Assembly (NCBI RefSeq): GCF_037042905.1
Contig: NC_087251.1
Span: forward strand, 41,914,001-41,978,000
Length of the DNA stretch: 64,000 nt
From: Lytechinus pictus
Taxonomy: Eukaryota
Reading direction: 5' to 3'
The translations under genes were made by a program, and so were the position numbers. Each line of letters starts with the position of its first letter. Positions within the stretch are counted from its first letter, which is position 1. The notes under the pieces are model-generated. The model was given only the letters and a program-made list of their open reading frames with translations. It was not told where the DNA came from and made no database searches. Shown here in pieces: positions 13,401 through 28,400 of this stretch.

Positions 13401-16400
13401 TTATTGTCCTGATTTCAAGTGAAAGGTGAAAATGTTTGAATGCAAGCATCAAGTGGATGTGCATCACTGCTGGCACCATATGGTGACAAATATTGGAGAT
13501 GATTTCAAATGACTGTATAAAGCTAAATTATACCTATAAATACTTATAGCTATCATACAAATACACATGAAAATCCATTTTAAATCCCTGCGTAACGAGC
13601 AGTAGAGAATTTATAACTAAATGCTGCTAGGTATGTGTAATGTAGGATTTGACAGAAAAATATGATAAATAATTCAATACAGGGATTTAAATCAGGAGTT
13701 TAATATCCCACATTTAAGCAGCTAAAATAAGCATGAATAAGCACACAATGCATATTCATGCATTTAAGAATGATACAATACTGGATCTTTCAAGTGGCTT
13801 CTGTGCAAAAAAATATCAAGTAACGGGATGTAACCACACAATGATTTCCAATTCTTGTATGACACTGAGCCACAGGGATAGACAAAAAAAGTCGTCCCTT
13901 GAAACTACTTATGCACTGGACATGTAAAACGATTGGATTAAGTTATTTTTGTGGATAGGCACTGATGGCATAAAAGTTGTCAGCCAGTTCTCAGAATACT
14001 GATTTGTGAACAAGATGAAGATATACTGTCTCTATCTGTACATTCAAGTTTTAGGTTTATACAGTTAAGGTAAGAATGTACTGTGTAAGTTAATATATAT
14101 CTTGGTTATTAAGAGACTCGGCATGAGGCTGCATCAAATGGATGATTGGCAGTGCAACCTCTCTAAATACATTTGAGTTTGTTGCTATTACAACTGCTAT
14201 GTTGGGTGGGTTATGACTACATACCTGCATTAACAACGGGCATTTCCTTGAGAGCATAAGATGATGCTTTGACGAAAGCCGACATAAAGCCCAACTTGAC
14301 TCCATGCTTCTTGATGAAAGCATCTTTGTGTTTATTCCTTACCCCTATTATATTGCTATAGATAAGAAGAAATATAATACACACGTCATGTGACTATGTT
14401 GCAACAAATGTACAGATTCTTAATGTAATAGAACTATAACAATAGTCATGTCCGTGTCTTCCCTACATGGGAGGTTTCAGTGGCTTTCCAGAATTCCCAT
14501 TGTTTTTGTCTACGCAGGCATTTGCATTGACCGAAAACCGAGCAGAACATCATACAAGATTAAAATTAGAAAAATAGAAAAATCCATGTTTTATTGTTTA
14601 CAGGGTTGTAATAAAAAACGTTTTTTATAAAAAAAAACAAATAAAACGTTTTTTATTGTTTTAAAACGTTTTAAATCGTTTTAAAACGTATTTTTCCCCC
14701 AACGAACGATGAAATTTTCTGTAAATCAATTAAACTATACATTTAATACTGTATTATTTAAGCTCTTGATGTTTTAAATACATTTTTTGAGTAAGTAAGA
14801 GAAAACTACAATTTTTCTCACTGAATTTCCAAAAGAAAAGTTCATATTTTCCCAAAAATTACTAAATCATTGAAATTGAATGCAAAAAAGTACATTGACA
14901 TTTTATAAGTTTATTCCTCATACATGTACATACATTTGAGTCTTGTCAATCTAGGGGGTGAGAAGAATTTGCACAATGTAAGAAAATGACATAATCTAAA
15001 GACTATGGGCTTTCAAAGCTTGATATCATTTAATCAATATTCTTCATTTCATTTTAATAAATTAAACCAATTTTAGAGCATGAAATACAAGTTTGGGTTT
15101 AAATCTATAAATAAAGCCCTTATTTCTTTAATTGAAGATTTTTAATCAAAATGTTTTTTAGTGTTTGTTTTAACTTTTTTTTTAATATTTCTTATGAACA
15201 GTTTTTTTGGTTAGGTTTTTTTTTAATGGAAATTATTGGCGATAATTTTCCAATCATGTACAAATATTGGTACAGGTACGAATGTTGGCAAAAAATTCAC
15301 ATTGGCTTTATACATGAAATCACGTTATTGAGCAATTCGGGGTCTGACATGCACTTGTGTAATATCATAATCACATACCGATGCATGCATCCCAAAAATA
15401 GTCTTGAACAATATGGCGTGGCCCTGTCCTGCTCATGGATTCATCATAGAAAATTTTTAGGGGGCCATTACGGTCCCCTGGGATTGTTAGGGTTAAAGGT
15501 CAGGTCCACCCCAGAAAAATGTTGATTTTAATCAGTAGAGAAAATTCAAACAAGCATAATGCTGAAAATTTCATCAAAATCAAATGTGAAATAAGTTACA
15601 TGTATGACACTTTAAAGTTTCGCTTATTTTTCACAAAACAGTAATACCAACCATCTCAGTGATATGCAAATGAAAGAGTCGATGATGTTCCTCACTATTT
15701 ATTTTGTTTTTTATTGTTTGAACAATACAATTTCAATTTTTACAGATTTGATAATAATGACCTACTTGACTGACCCAAAAAATGTTAAAAACAATGGTAG
15801 TTCCACATGTTCAGGGAGGAATAAAACTTTATTTCACATGACAATGATAAAATAACGAAATACAAAATAAGTAGTGAGTGAGTGATGTCATTAGTCCCCT
15901 CATTTGCATACCGACCAAGATATCTAATTGTTTTGCATAATTAAGCAAAACTTTAAAATGTCATAACTTTATCATTTTACATCCGATTTTAAAGAAATTT
16001 TCAGCATATACATGTATTTTTCTTGGGGTGGACTGTCCTTTAAGGTTTGCTAGCTGACAATCTTATACTGAATTAAACTACTTTTCTTCATCTTTACGAA
16101 GCGCAATGTTTCACCTGCTTTTGTATGTACCTCAAGAATACAATGTCAATTTTTTCAGTCTATTTGTAAAGTATTTTATGCTTTTGCAACTCCTCCATTC
16201 ATTCAAGTACTACTATTACACATTTGAGCTTATTTTAAATAGTGTTTCTTTCCCTGTCTAAAAAGTGAGCACAACACTCAGATGTTTGTTATAATGAGAA
16301 TATTCTATAGATTGATGTGCACAATTGAACAAGAGGATTTCAAGGAACATGACAAAGTGATGGAGAAAGGGGGATTAAGAAGGAAAGAGTGGTGTTGAAA

Positions 16401-19400
16401 AAGAGATTTAGTTAGAAGAAAATGATATACCACTTAAGAAATAAAAGAATAAAAAAAAATATTCATCTAAAATCACATCCATGACCATGCATATTTATAA
16501 CACACAAGTCTATGAGGCGTTTTAAAACACGTTTTTTTTGTAAAAAAAAACGGGTGTTTTAAAACGCGTTTTAAAACATGTTTTAAAACACACCGTTTAA
16601 AACGTGCCAACCCTGATTGTTTAAAAAAGAAATCCTCCGAAAAAATGTTTTGCCCAATTAATTGTGGGCACTAATCAACGCCAGATGGACGTAGCTCTAT
16701 CCCTTGTCTTATTGAATGCCAAACAGGGTAGCAGCAACTCACATTTATTAACGTCGTTTGGTCTGATGCAGCCGGGGTTTGGACTCCCGGTTGAGAGACG
16801 GACGCTCTACTAACACACTAGTACAAGAGCCAAAGAAACACCCCACACAAAATACCTGGATTTAATACTACGACAGGATGTGAAATTGAATAATCAGGTT
16901 GCATAGTCCAGGGGAGTAATTAAGGATAGGAAAGTCAGATGTTTATCTGACAAAAGTTGGTTTTATTTGACAGTTACCAGAGTAACTGTCAGATGTGTGC
17001 TTCTCAGCTAATCAAATTCGAGGAAACATGTCAGATCAAACAACTTGTCAGGCTGAAAATGTTAATGAAACACTCTCCAAAAGTAAGTTAATGAAAGTGA
17101 TAATCCAAGGAGAAACGGTATTCTATGATGGTTAAACGCTATCTTAAATAAAGCATCATCAACTTGGGATCCGTATACAACTAACAACATTTGCAGCCAT
17201 GAAAAAGTCTAGAGAAAAGCAGTTAGATTTGCCAATTACACTCATTCAAGGATCAAAAGAGTCACTGCCTTGAAAGATTCGACGGGCTGGATCCATCTCC
17301 AGGAAGAAGGTCAGAAGTCCTGTGAGGCCTGCTTATAAATACATAGACCCGTATTCTGAAGTCAGGTTTAATTTAAACTCTGGTTTTCAGTTGTGGTTTA
17401 ACTATGGAAAGCCAGTTGTTACATAAATCTCTAACAGTAGAGGTTCAATGTATCAGCTCATTTGACTCCCAAAACATTATTAACTGCCTGGGAAGGATAA
17501 GTATGACAATTGTCTTCACCATTAAATAATTAGTGAAGAGCATAGTTAACTTGAGAAGCATTCTCTGTAAACAAAATTTTGAAACGTTTGGCTTCCCATA
17601 ATTTTAGCACAGAGTTAGACCATGATCTAAGTTGAACCCGACTCCAGAATACGGGCCATAGTGGATAGAGATGGGGCCACGACCAACAATTGATAGTGAC
17701 AAAGATAGGACAGATAAATATGCATACTTTCACTTTTCCCAATAAAAATGAAGGACTGGAATAGTGAATCTTCCTTGATATTATCCAAACCTTGTTGAAT
17801 ACCTTAAGGGTGCACTTAAAACAAACTGTAAACCAGTGCCTCAAAGATGGTGGTTGCACATGAAGACACTCTGTAATAAATGTGTAATGCAGTCTGCACA
17901 CCCAGACTAGTTGTCCCCCTAGTCACAAGAGTACATTCCATCCCTGTGAAATGCCCAATCAGCTGAATATTCTAATATCTATCATGATGATAAATTGCAA
18001 GCAAGAGAATCTTCATAATTTTATTAAAATTACATGAAAATTCAAGTAAAGAATCAGAAAACATGAAAATGATTAAACAGCAATCAATGTAAATTTATAT
18101 TGGATTCATTAATGAATATGATCTTTCAGTTAATATGCATGCAATGTTATACAAATCTCTATCTATCACTCCAAAGCATCAAGAAAGTGTAATTACAGTG
18201 AGCCCTCTGGTGGGCAATCAGCACACAGTTATCAAATGGTTCTTAAGCCAATGCAAGAATGGAAACAGGAATAAACAGATTGAGAGACAGAGATCAGGGG
18301 ATTTTTTTACGAAAGAACTTGTCGGACGTTTTATCAGACAAGTCAAGTTTTATCTGACAGTTGCCATAGGAACAGTGCTTCTCAGCCAATCAAAATCAAG
18401 GAAAGATGTCAGAGCTGACAACTTGTTGGAGAACAATGTTGATGAAACACTCCCCTAATGCCTGTTTCCTAAAAATTGTTATAACAATATAATAACAAAT
18501 TTACAATAGCAATGAAGAGCTACGGAAATCCTTCAATCATATTGGCTAATTGTAAATTTGTTATTGAAGTTGTGCATTTGTTATAACAAGCCTTTATGAA
18601 ACCGGACCAAGGTGCCCCTGGAATGGTTCTCACCTCATATCTATTTCATTGAATGTAGTAAGCATTGCAGCAGTATTCTGGGCATCCTTGAGTCTTTGTG
18701 CTATCCTCTGTCTCATCCTGGACATCTTGACCTGTGATAAATCAAAGTTTGTAGTAAAAAGGGAAACAATATACAAATAATTTCTTCAAAATTTGAGAAC
18801 AAATAACAAATTTATTGAATTTTGAAGTTTAGCAGTATTACGTGAAAACAGTTATATGCACATCATCGTGAATATTCATTAGGTGGGCTGATGATGTGCT
18901 GTCCCGACTTTCTTTTTTCTTATGTTATTACATGAAATCATAATTATTTCATATTTTCATACATGTGTGTATGATATGTCTCCCTTCTAGTGAAATAAGT
19001 TGTGGCAATGAATATCCAAAGCATTAAATTAGTTATCAATCCAATCTTTTTTAATTCTTGGACAAAATTTGAATAAACATAATTCTATATTATAAAATAC
19101 AAAAAACAAGTGGGGATATGACATAATGAATTTGCTCACTGAATATTCATAAAGACATGCATAAAACTGCTTCACCGAAATAATACTCCTTCAAAATGAC
19201 ATAACTTTGTTATTCCTTGTCGGATTTTGAACAAATTTTCAGTTTTTTGTTCGCCTGATTTTCCTTTTATCTGTTCAAACCATATTATTTTCAGCTTGAA
19301 GAACCCCTTTAACAACCTGTAAAGGAAAGGACCACCTGCCTAAGAAGACCACGAGTTTGGTTTCCCCTGGAACACCCCCCCCCCCCCCTCTCCATTGAAA

Positions 19401-22400
19401 CACGTATTCAAGGAACCTCTCTATAAAGACCACCTGTTCGTAAACAGTGTTATAGCTACAGTGGACAGCAGTGGTTGGGCCCTGACAGCACAGATGATTT
19501 CTGACCACCTATCATCATCGAAAACACTGCTTCCATCTTCCACTAATTTCAAATGAAAAGTGTTTCAAAACTAACTCTTTGCAAAGAGGAAGTGCACTTG
19601 CTTTCATTTCCATCTTTAATCTTGTTTTATTAGCGTAAATTACATTAAACATTCTGAAATTTGATATGATTTTATTGTGATTACATTGATATTCCTTCAA
19701 TTTGGGCTTTAAGACCACTAACTTGGCCTGAAAAAAAAAATTGTAATGCTGTGAAAAAGCGGCCACCACTAAAATAAACCTCGGTAGAAAACTGCTCATA
19801 AAAATAAAGACAGCCTTTCTCATCTCCTTTATGTAGTCATTACATTCAGGAATCTATTTTCTTGAGTTTAGCATAACCAAACTACAAATTTTGCTGTCAT
19901 TTTCAGTATCATGCCAGTACTGAATTATAAATAACAATTGAGTTCAGTCATTGAGTGATCTTACCCTTTGTTCCGATCTTGCTCCAAAGCCAATAGGTTC
20001 TGACTGGGATACTGCAGCAGGCTGGATAGGGACTGATGATGCTGTAGAAAAAAACATAGAAAACTGATGACAGTGGCGAGGATTGATATCATTATAAATA
20101 ACAATAATCTGCCTTAATACCACATTGAAATGACATGACATCTCGATGTGCATAGCAAATACATTGCCTGCATACAGTATACAGGGATGTTGAGGTCTAG
20201 AGGTTTTGACTCTCGCCCTTGTAACAGAGGGTTGTGGGTTCAAATCCCCAACAAAGCATGTTTCCCATCAGCAAGAAATTTACCCACATTGTGCTGCACT
20301 CAACCCAGGTGAGGGGAATGGGTACATGGCAGAATTAATTCCTTGAAATGCACTCAGCCCTGGGAACTGGCAGCTCAAGACAGAGCTGGGGGTAATGGCA
20401 CAACCATAAATCACAAAAGTTCTTTGACAGTGTGTTTACATTGCATGTTTGTCACAAATTGAACATTCTTACTGCTCTTAAATAGTGAAATTCTTGAAAA
20501 TACCTCCTCAAACAGGGAGCACAAAAATCAACATACAGTATAATGAATGAATAAATAGCTCATACAGTTGTATGTACTATAAAAAAGGAGCCTTGAAAAA
20601 TCCCCATTCATTGTGTACTACATAGTTAAAGCTTATCCAATGTAGCAGATCTACGCAGTATGTTGTCAGAAGTAGCCCCCCCCCCCCCATTTTTCGCCTG
20701 TTGTGAGACTGTTTGATAATATCAGCATACATATACCTTGAGTACCCATATCAATTATAAAAAAAACACATTATGGAATCAGCAGGTGAAAGGGTATATA
20801 CAGTGTAGTTTGAAGTGTGAACATTAGACTTTACAGAAAATTTGCAAATCTACACTTCACCACTTGATCTAAACTATTGCAAGTTCATAAATTAAATATA
20901 CTTTTTTGGCGATAAATCTCATTATCACAAGTGCCTTCAATCATATCAGTTGTGCCAAATCAAGATTTGGCGAATCCATCACAAATATAAGTATAAAGCA
21001 CAAAAAACACACCATGAGCTTGCAATTTCATTTCCAATATTGCAGCTTCATAAATGTATTATATGATCATTTCAGTGACAAAAAAAAATAGCATTCTGAA
21101 ATAACTTTCAACTGAGAGTAACCATCACTGTCCAATTTGTATCCAAGACAAGCCAAATAACAAACAAAACATCACTTTCATTTTAGCAGCACTCATCTTT
21201 AATTCAGGCTAAAAGCAAAACATTTCTCTTCGTCGAATCTTCAGTAAATACACTTGAATCTCCAAATCTTGATTGCAGTATGAAATCATGAAAGATTAAT
21301 CAAGAAGCACAGATCCAAGCCAAGAAGCAGATGATATATGCTCTTAGATCATGCAGTGCTCATCTTTTATTCAGACTAAAAGCAAACGATTCCGTTTGTA
21401 AGGTAGTGGTTCTCCCTCAAAGACATGTCTCTTGTGAAAGAATAATGAGGGCTAAGTGATTAACGAGAGATTGAAGATAGAGGGATGCGTCTCTGATTTG
21501 CTCTCGAAGAATAGACTCTAAAAGAGAGAAAGGGCTGTGAGGTATCACAATTCTTAGTCAAGGATAAACTAGGATAATACTATCAAATGAAGTATTTAAA
21601 GTAATAGGCTAGTGATAAGATCAAAAGAATGTCAAGGGTCTATTTCAGATCAGAAATGGATATAGGGTTTGGGTTAGACTCTTTGCATGAATTTTAAGAA
21701 GAAGGTAAGGAACATGAATGACGTGGAATTATTTTCTAAAGTTGCTTGTACAAATAAGTATGTCTCTCATTAATGTCAGAAAAAGACAAGAAAAACATCA
21801 AGTACAGCCTTGAGAAAACTATCATGATATATTTCAGACCTAATATATGTGATACAAACTTGCTATGAAAACAGGAAAGTAGTGGATTTGTTTGATTAGA
21901 AAAGAGTGTTTGCAGATATTTTCAATTATCCATTTGCAAAGGAAAATCTTGGAAATTTAATAATTAATGCAATATAGCATTAACTCATACACTGTAAAAA
22001 TCAGAATCCCATATCAACATGAAAAAATGAAATTAAAAGGCATTGTCACACTAAAATCTGAAATGTGAAAATCAGTCTGAAAGGAGATCATGTATATTTT
22101 ATGTAAAACAATAACAAAACAGACAAACACCAACCCTTTCTGAAATGGACAATTAGTCATGATATGGAACTATAAATAGATGTTTTAGACGGAATTTAAC
22201 ACACTAAGGAAATTTGTTTTAACTACCGGTATATTAATGATGAATACAGAATCACTAAAAAAAATCTTTAAAATGTTTTAAAAACAAATATTGAATCTTT
22301 ACTTCCGATTCAAAGGTACATCATACAATTGATTAAAAAGGATAATCAAATCAATAGATTGAGATTGTTTTTGAAAAATCTATAGGCCTACTTTACTGAG

Positions 22401-25400
22401 TTTCAACTTGTTTTTACTTTATATGATTATAATACTCAACATATCTGTCTGACAATATACATAATAAATTATTTCAAAAATCGCCTTTCATATACAAAAA
22501 ATCTATTCTCATTACAGGCCAACATCAACTTCAACAACAATAACAAATTCTGTAAAAAAATAATTGGATTTTCTTATGTTAAGGGAATTCCACAAACCAA
22601 CAACAACAACAAAAAAAGCCAACATAAGTAGCATGACAAAATAAAAATAAGATTACATCCAGATAAAGGCTTTCTGTTCCAATCATCTAATACACTTGTA
22701 TTAATCTAACGGCCCATCATGTGGTCCGTTTTAGAACAGGAAATTTGCCATCCCCTATCATTCCTTTTCTCTATTACAGGCATACCTTTGACAATTTAAA
22801 TCACAATAATCAGGTGTCAAATTACAAGCAACAGGTTTAATCTACAAAATTAATTTCAAATTACCCGGATAATCCCTTTTCATGCAATACTGTTGATTTT
22901 ACAGAGCGGCAGGATTGCAAATACCGGGGTTATTTCTGTCAGGGAAGATTACCGACGATGGTCTAAACCGCTTGGAGAATTGGATGTGACATTTGTGGAA
23001 TATGCAATCTTTGGAGCAAAACAAGGAATATCCGGTTCCCAATAAGACTATTGTTTCGGGGCTGTGTGAGTCAGGGATGTATTTTGATACCTTCAAAGAT
23101 TTTCTGACACTTACAAGCAGTGACTGTCAGAATAAAATGCAAATGAGATTAAGCAAATCTCTGTGACATAGATCCCCTGAACAGTTGATTTTTGACTTCC
23201 CTGCTCTGATATAATGTGATTTGGTACTGACAGAAGTACAATCGGGAGGATTAGAGAGGGGTTCCGCGGGCAAAGTAAGATGACATATACGGGGAAGTGT
23301 GCAACAATTTCACAACTGTTACGTGATTTCTGCCACCTCATGACAATTGTTTGACCCAACCGAGTACTTTCTTTAACTCCAATCTAACAAACTCTGTGTG
23401 GATTAGAGCTGGGGCAGGCATGCCGAGTCTGCAGCTAACCAATCCTCAGACATCTAAGACAGTGAGACATGCTATCCCCCACAGGATACTAGTAATCATC
23501 AAGATTTGAACAGAACAAAAGCTCTGATATCATCCGACAATTGTAGAAATTGCCCGAGACCTGGGGTTATTATCTCTAATTATCAAATTATCCCATTACA
23601 TCTAATCTTTCTTGGTTGAGTCATGCTTTTATATCATGGTATCAATGCCAAGTCAAACTGTAAGTCCTCCGGTAATACCTACACACAGGCGTAGTCCCTA
23701 GGACCTAAAGTCCTGTCTACTCAAACCAATGGTCTTTCCACTAATCTACAAGTAAATCAGGCTCAGTCTCGCTTTAACCACACAACATGCAATGGTATTC
23801 GTTCAGGCAAACAATGACTTAAATATGACCATCAATCTAAACATATCTTACAACAAACAATATTTTTTTTAATAATAAAATAAAAGGGAGTGGGGTGCAA
23901 GTACTCTCACTCACAGATAAACCAAGATTTGTCTCAGGTTCTAGCCATCCACCAAGATGATCAAACGGCTCAGACATGCCATGGGTCACAGGAAATGCAT
24001 TAATCTTAGTAATACCATGAAAAAAGCTAAGTTGGCAGTAAACAGATCATGGTTGAAACAAAATCTCACACCTGTATTTCTTGAAATTGGAGGGGGTCCG
24101 AATGGCGCCTCATATGTATATAAGAACAATACAGATGATGCCAACCTCATACACAATGAATATTTCATACCTCTTTATTGCACAAACAAATAATACAGAT
24201 TCTGGAATACTGTTTGACTTTTATTTCCACTTTCCTATATGTACACAAAATGTTGGTGTGTTCAGCTTGGTTTAAAGAAATCAGAAAGACAATATATAGG
24301 CCTAACTGGTATACTGCATAATGACTCATTATAAAACATATTTTAGGTACTTAACAGTGTAATAATACATGTAAATCAAATCTAATTAATAGTTATCTTC
24401 AACTAAGAAAAGAAAAATAGAAAAATTACAACACTACTACAATGTAGTTATATTTAAAAAAATGCTATATTATTTATCAACTTGAAATATACTAAATCAT
24501 TCTCAAAATGGAAAAAAATCCATGAAATGAATAATTCACCTAATCTATGATTGATTACCAGCAACAAAAGGTTCAAGGAATTGAAATAAATCTAAATTCT
24601 TATTCTTCATCTATATGTTTCAGATTTAAGCTAGAAGCCTATAACTTTAACACTTCTGTAAATCCACAAATATCTGTGACTTAGTTCATAATCATACACC
24701 GGTAAGTATAATTTTTCAACAAAATATATTTATAGAACTCAAAAATTTTAAGAACAGAAAAACATATATTTTGCAGCTTGAAACTTCAACTATCTGATTA
24801 TGCAATAATATCATGTGAACTATTACTTTACTATCCTGGTATACAGGCTTAATGGTGTTCACATAAATAAAGGTATCACTTCCTTAAGTAGCGATACTTA
24901 TATCAGGAGTTATACATCTCCAGATGTATTACTAGAGATTTGATTTTAAAGTGCAATGAACCACACTGGTGAACTACATTTATATCTATACTAGAATCTG
25001 ATAAATAGGATTCCAGACCTTCAGGAAATGGTGTATTTATTGTATTCAAGCTTATCACTTTAAGTTCTTATATACTGTGGTCCAAACCTTGATCATAGAG
25101 GACATTTAACCTCTGTCTATTAAGTAGTGCCTTACATAGCTTAACGTTCGCAAATATTTCAGAATATTTTCTTCAAGTTCAATGATTGCTCTGCAAATTA
25201 TAAAGCCCTTTTTACACCAGGGGCCCGTAACACAAGACTAAGCATAGTAAGCAATGATGGTAGAACATTTTTCTATGATTGATTCCATTGACTACAATGT
25301 ACAATCAATCGTGAAAATCAAACGTACGATCAATCGCTAACCTTTGTGTTACGGAACCCAGTGGCAATTTTTAACATCAGCGTTTGCCTGGTAGGAGACT

Positions 25401-28400
25401 ATTGATAGACCTGAATCACCCTATTTTCATCTATTTTTTCTTTTTAGTTTTTTTAAGATGGCCAATCAAATGTATTATGTATACACATATGCAAGAATAA
25501 AGAGAGCAATGGTGGGCACAAAGAAAACAAAATGTTCAAATGGCTCTAAACGTATTAAAGGCTATTTGTAACTTGTTAGACGCCCGAAGATACCATGACT
25601 TTATGTAGATTGTATCAAAATCTAGCATCAAGTATGTGAGCAGAGGCAGATTCTCTGGAATGCCAACAATTTGCTTTCAAAACTTACATGAATGAAGTTG
25701 AATTTCTGTGTTAAATTTTATGTTTCTATTTGTTCATTATCATTTCAGTGTTGAGTCTTAATAAGAGTTTATCTTTGGGTTCCATGACATATGCTACGCT
25801 GTAAATTTCACACACTTTAAAATGAACAACTTCAACCCTGGGTTTAATTCTATACCCTACCCTAACTAGAACGTAAAACCATATTGCAACCCTAATGCTA
25901 ACCCTACATCTTAGACGAAATTAAGCCCGGAGCATATGTTGCAGGAGCACATGTTGTGTCACCGATATTTGATTGTTACAGAAAACGCATCGCAGTAGAT
26001 CAGTGACCTCTAACCAAATGTATTGTATAGTCTCAATTGTTGTACTTCTTTCATTAATTATAAATAGCTATAATAGCAACATGAGATCCAGAGCCGGATT
26101 TTGACAACAATCTTGATTGCAGAGGCAGAGGATATTACCCTTTCATCTCCACCTTAATCGCACACAGGTCATAGACTTGCCATTGCACTAAGATAGGTTT
26201 GAATCTTATATTACATAATAGTACATGTACTATAGTGCAGCAAAGTAAAATTAGAGAATTTAGCCCTTATCAAGACTCCCAACTATGATCTTGACTGGTT
26301 AGGACAATACCCTTTCATTTTCAGGAAGCAGTGGGGTCGTAAGCGTACTTCAAAATGTCCTCTATTATTCGATAAGAATATCATTATATCTAATATTACA
26401 TAATGCACTTGTACTAGAGTACAGTCAATCGAAAGTTCTTCAAAACTAAGATTTCTGCTTTCATCTTGATTACAAAAGACAGCACCGTCCCATATTAATG
26501 ATAAGAGTATTACATAATGCACTTGTACAGTTGTACTATAGTATAGTAAGTCCAAAGAACTTCAGACCTTACAGTTAAGATTTCCACTTTGATGATTACA
26601 AAACCTACCTCAGGGCTTAAATGCAAGGATGCCAGTGGCATATGGCTCCATGGCCTGAATTTTTTAGAAGATTATGTGAGCGTTGTGCACGACACAAGCC
26701 CAAAATGCAAGCACAAATAAGTCTTCTGGGGTCCCTTGAAAAGTGCAAGCTCTAGATGCTCTCTTGCAATCTGAGCATATTTGAGGGGTCTTTCCTCCTC
26801 AAATTTAACCATATTTTATGAGTAGATCTATATCTAAAATATTTTGAATTAAAGTAAAAAAAGGATAAGAACGAGGCTCATAAAATCTATAAGCTCATTT
26901 TAGATTCTAATTCAAGCCATCAAATTTATTGTTCACACCAGTGAATCTTCAAATCTCCATTTTCATAGGTGATGTAGTATAATACAGATGAAAAAATTGC
27001 ATTCGTAGTGTCAAAGTCACTATAAAAAATGTGCTTGTCCCAGTTGAAACGCAGCCCGAGCGCTATAGCTCAGCTGCACCGCTCGCCTGCCCCGCCGGCC
27101 ATGCCTGTAAATTTCTTTTTCTATAAAGCAGACCTAGAAAACTTTCAAAGCTTTCCTCATGGGTCTTTATAGCTTAAGACTAGTTACACTTCGTCTTCTA
27201 CAAGGACCATCTAGAGTAAAGTGACCTTCCTTCTTGAAGGTGCCCATGGTAAGACCAACATACCTAATATCTATTACATAATATGATAATTGTAAATGGT
27301 ATTTCTTTATTAAATAAAATCACAGATGAAGATAGATCAAATAATGTCAAGATTTCAACAGCATTCAGCATTCAGATTGAACATCATGCACTTGATATAC
27401 ATATACTCAGGCAAAATACTCAGAGGTCAGTTCCCTTTAATACTGGATATAATAGTTGATAGTTACAATGAAACAAGGAGTTGTCTTACTTTTCATTCAA
27501 AGAAGAATTACTAATATATATAATACTTTAAAAAACAACTCATGTTCAAAACTAAACTCTTGAATTATTTTTATTTTATTTTAACTCTATATTTACAAAT
27601 TTTGTGATTTTTGTAATTGGTAGTCATATTTCCAATGGTATCACTGGCCATTTTTGTAATAATGTTCTATTATAAGATTTTGGATGATATTACAAGGGCA
27701 TTCATAGTGCTTTATAGATCCTCCCTGGTCATTGGATACTGACTTGCCTGCACACACTATATGCACTTTCTCCGCTCACTGGGGAACATTGTAGTACAAG
27801 TTTCCAAACTCAACTGCTATGCATACAGCATTGATTTTCACAAGGTGGAGAGTGACAAAGCATGGACCAATACCTTGCCAAAGGATTCGAACACACCACA
27901 CTCTGATTACAAGGCGAGAGTCAGACATCTACGCCATTCTCACAACCATTTTACTTCAAAACATCAACGTCATATCATTTTGATAACTCCTCACACTATG
28001 GGTTAGAAATGAGTCAATACCTGGTTTAGATGTGATAGGAGCTGTAGGTATAGAGGGCGGTAGTGGTGGAGTTGATGGTATGGGCCCAGCTGATGCTCCT
28101 GGAGGGGGCGAGGCTGGGGCAGCAGCAGGTGGTGGAGGGGTAGGAGGAGGGGCTGCAGCTTCTGGGGCAGCTTTCTTAGGTGCATCTCCTGTAATAGAAT
28201 ATTAGAGAAGTAATATCACTTTCCTGATGTTATGTTAATGACTATGATTATGTTTCTTGCTTTTATTCTAGTTTATACAGCAGGTTGAGTGGTGATTACT
28301 CTGAAAGTGTGCACTAGAAATAATTATCATTATCATAAATGCACACAGGGTTATTATAGGTACATTTCTATAGTCTTGAAATAAATCTATAATCACAAAC

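Noticed and set aside
10302..18731. Bacterial sucB or a processed pseudogene
   Set aside because: The coding sequence is split by canonical spliceosomal introns with an intact frame and an N-terminal targeting peptide.
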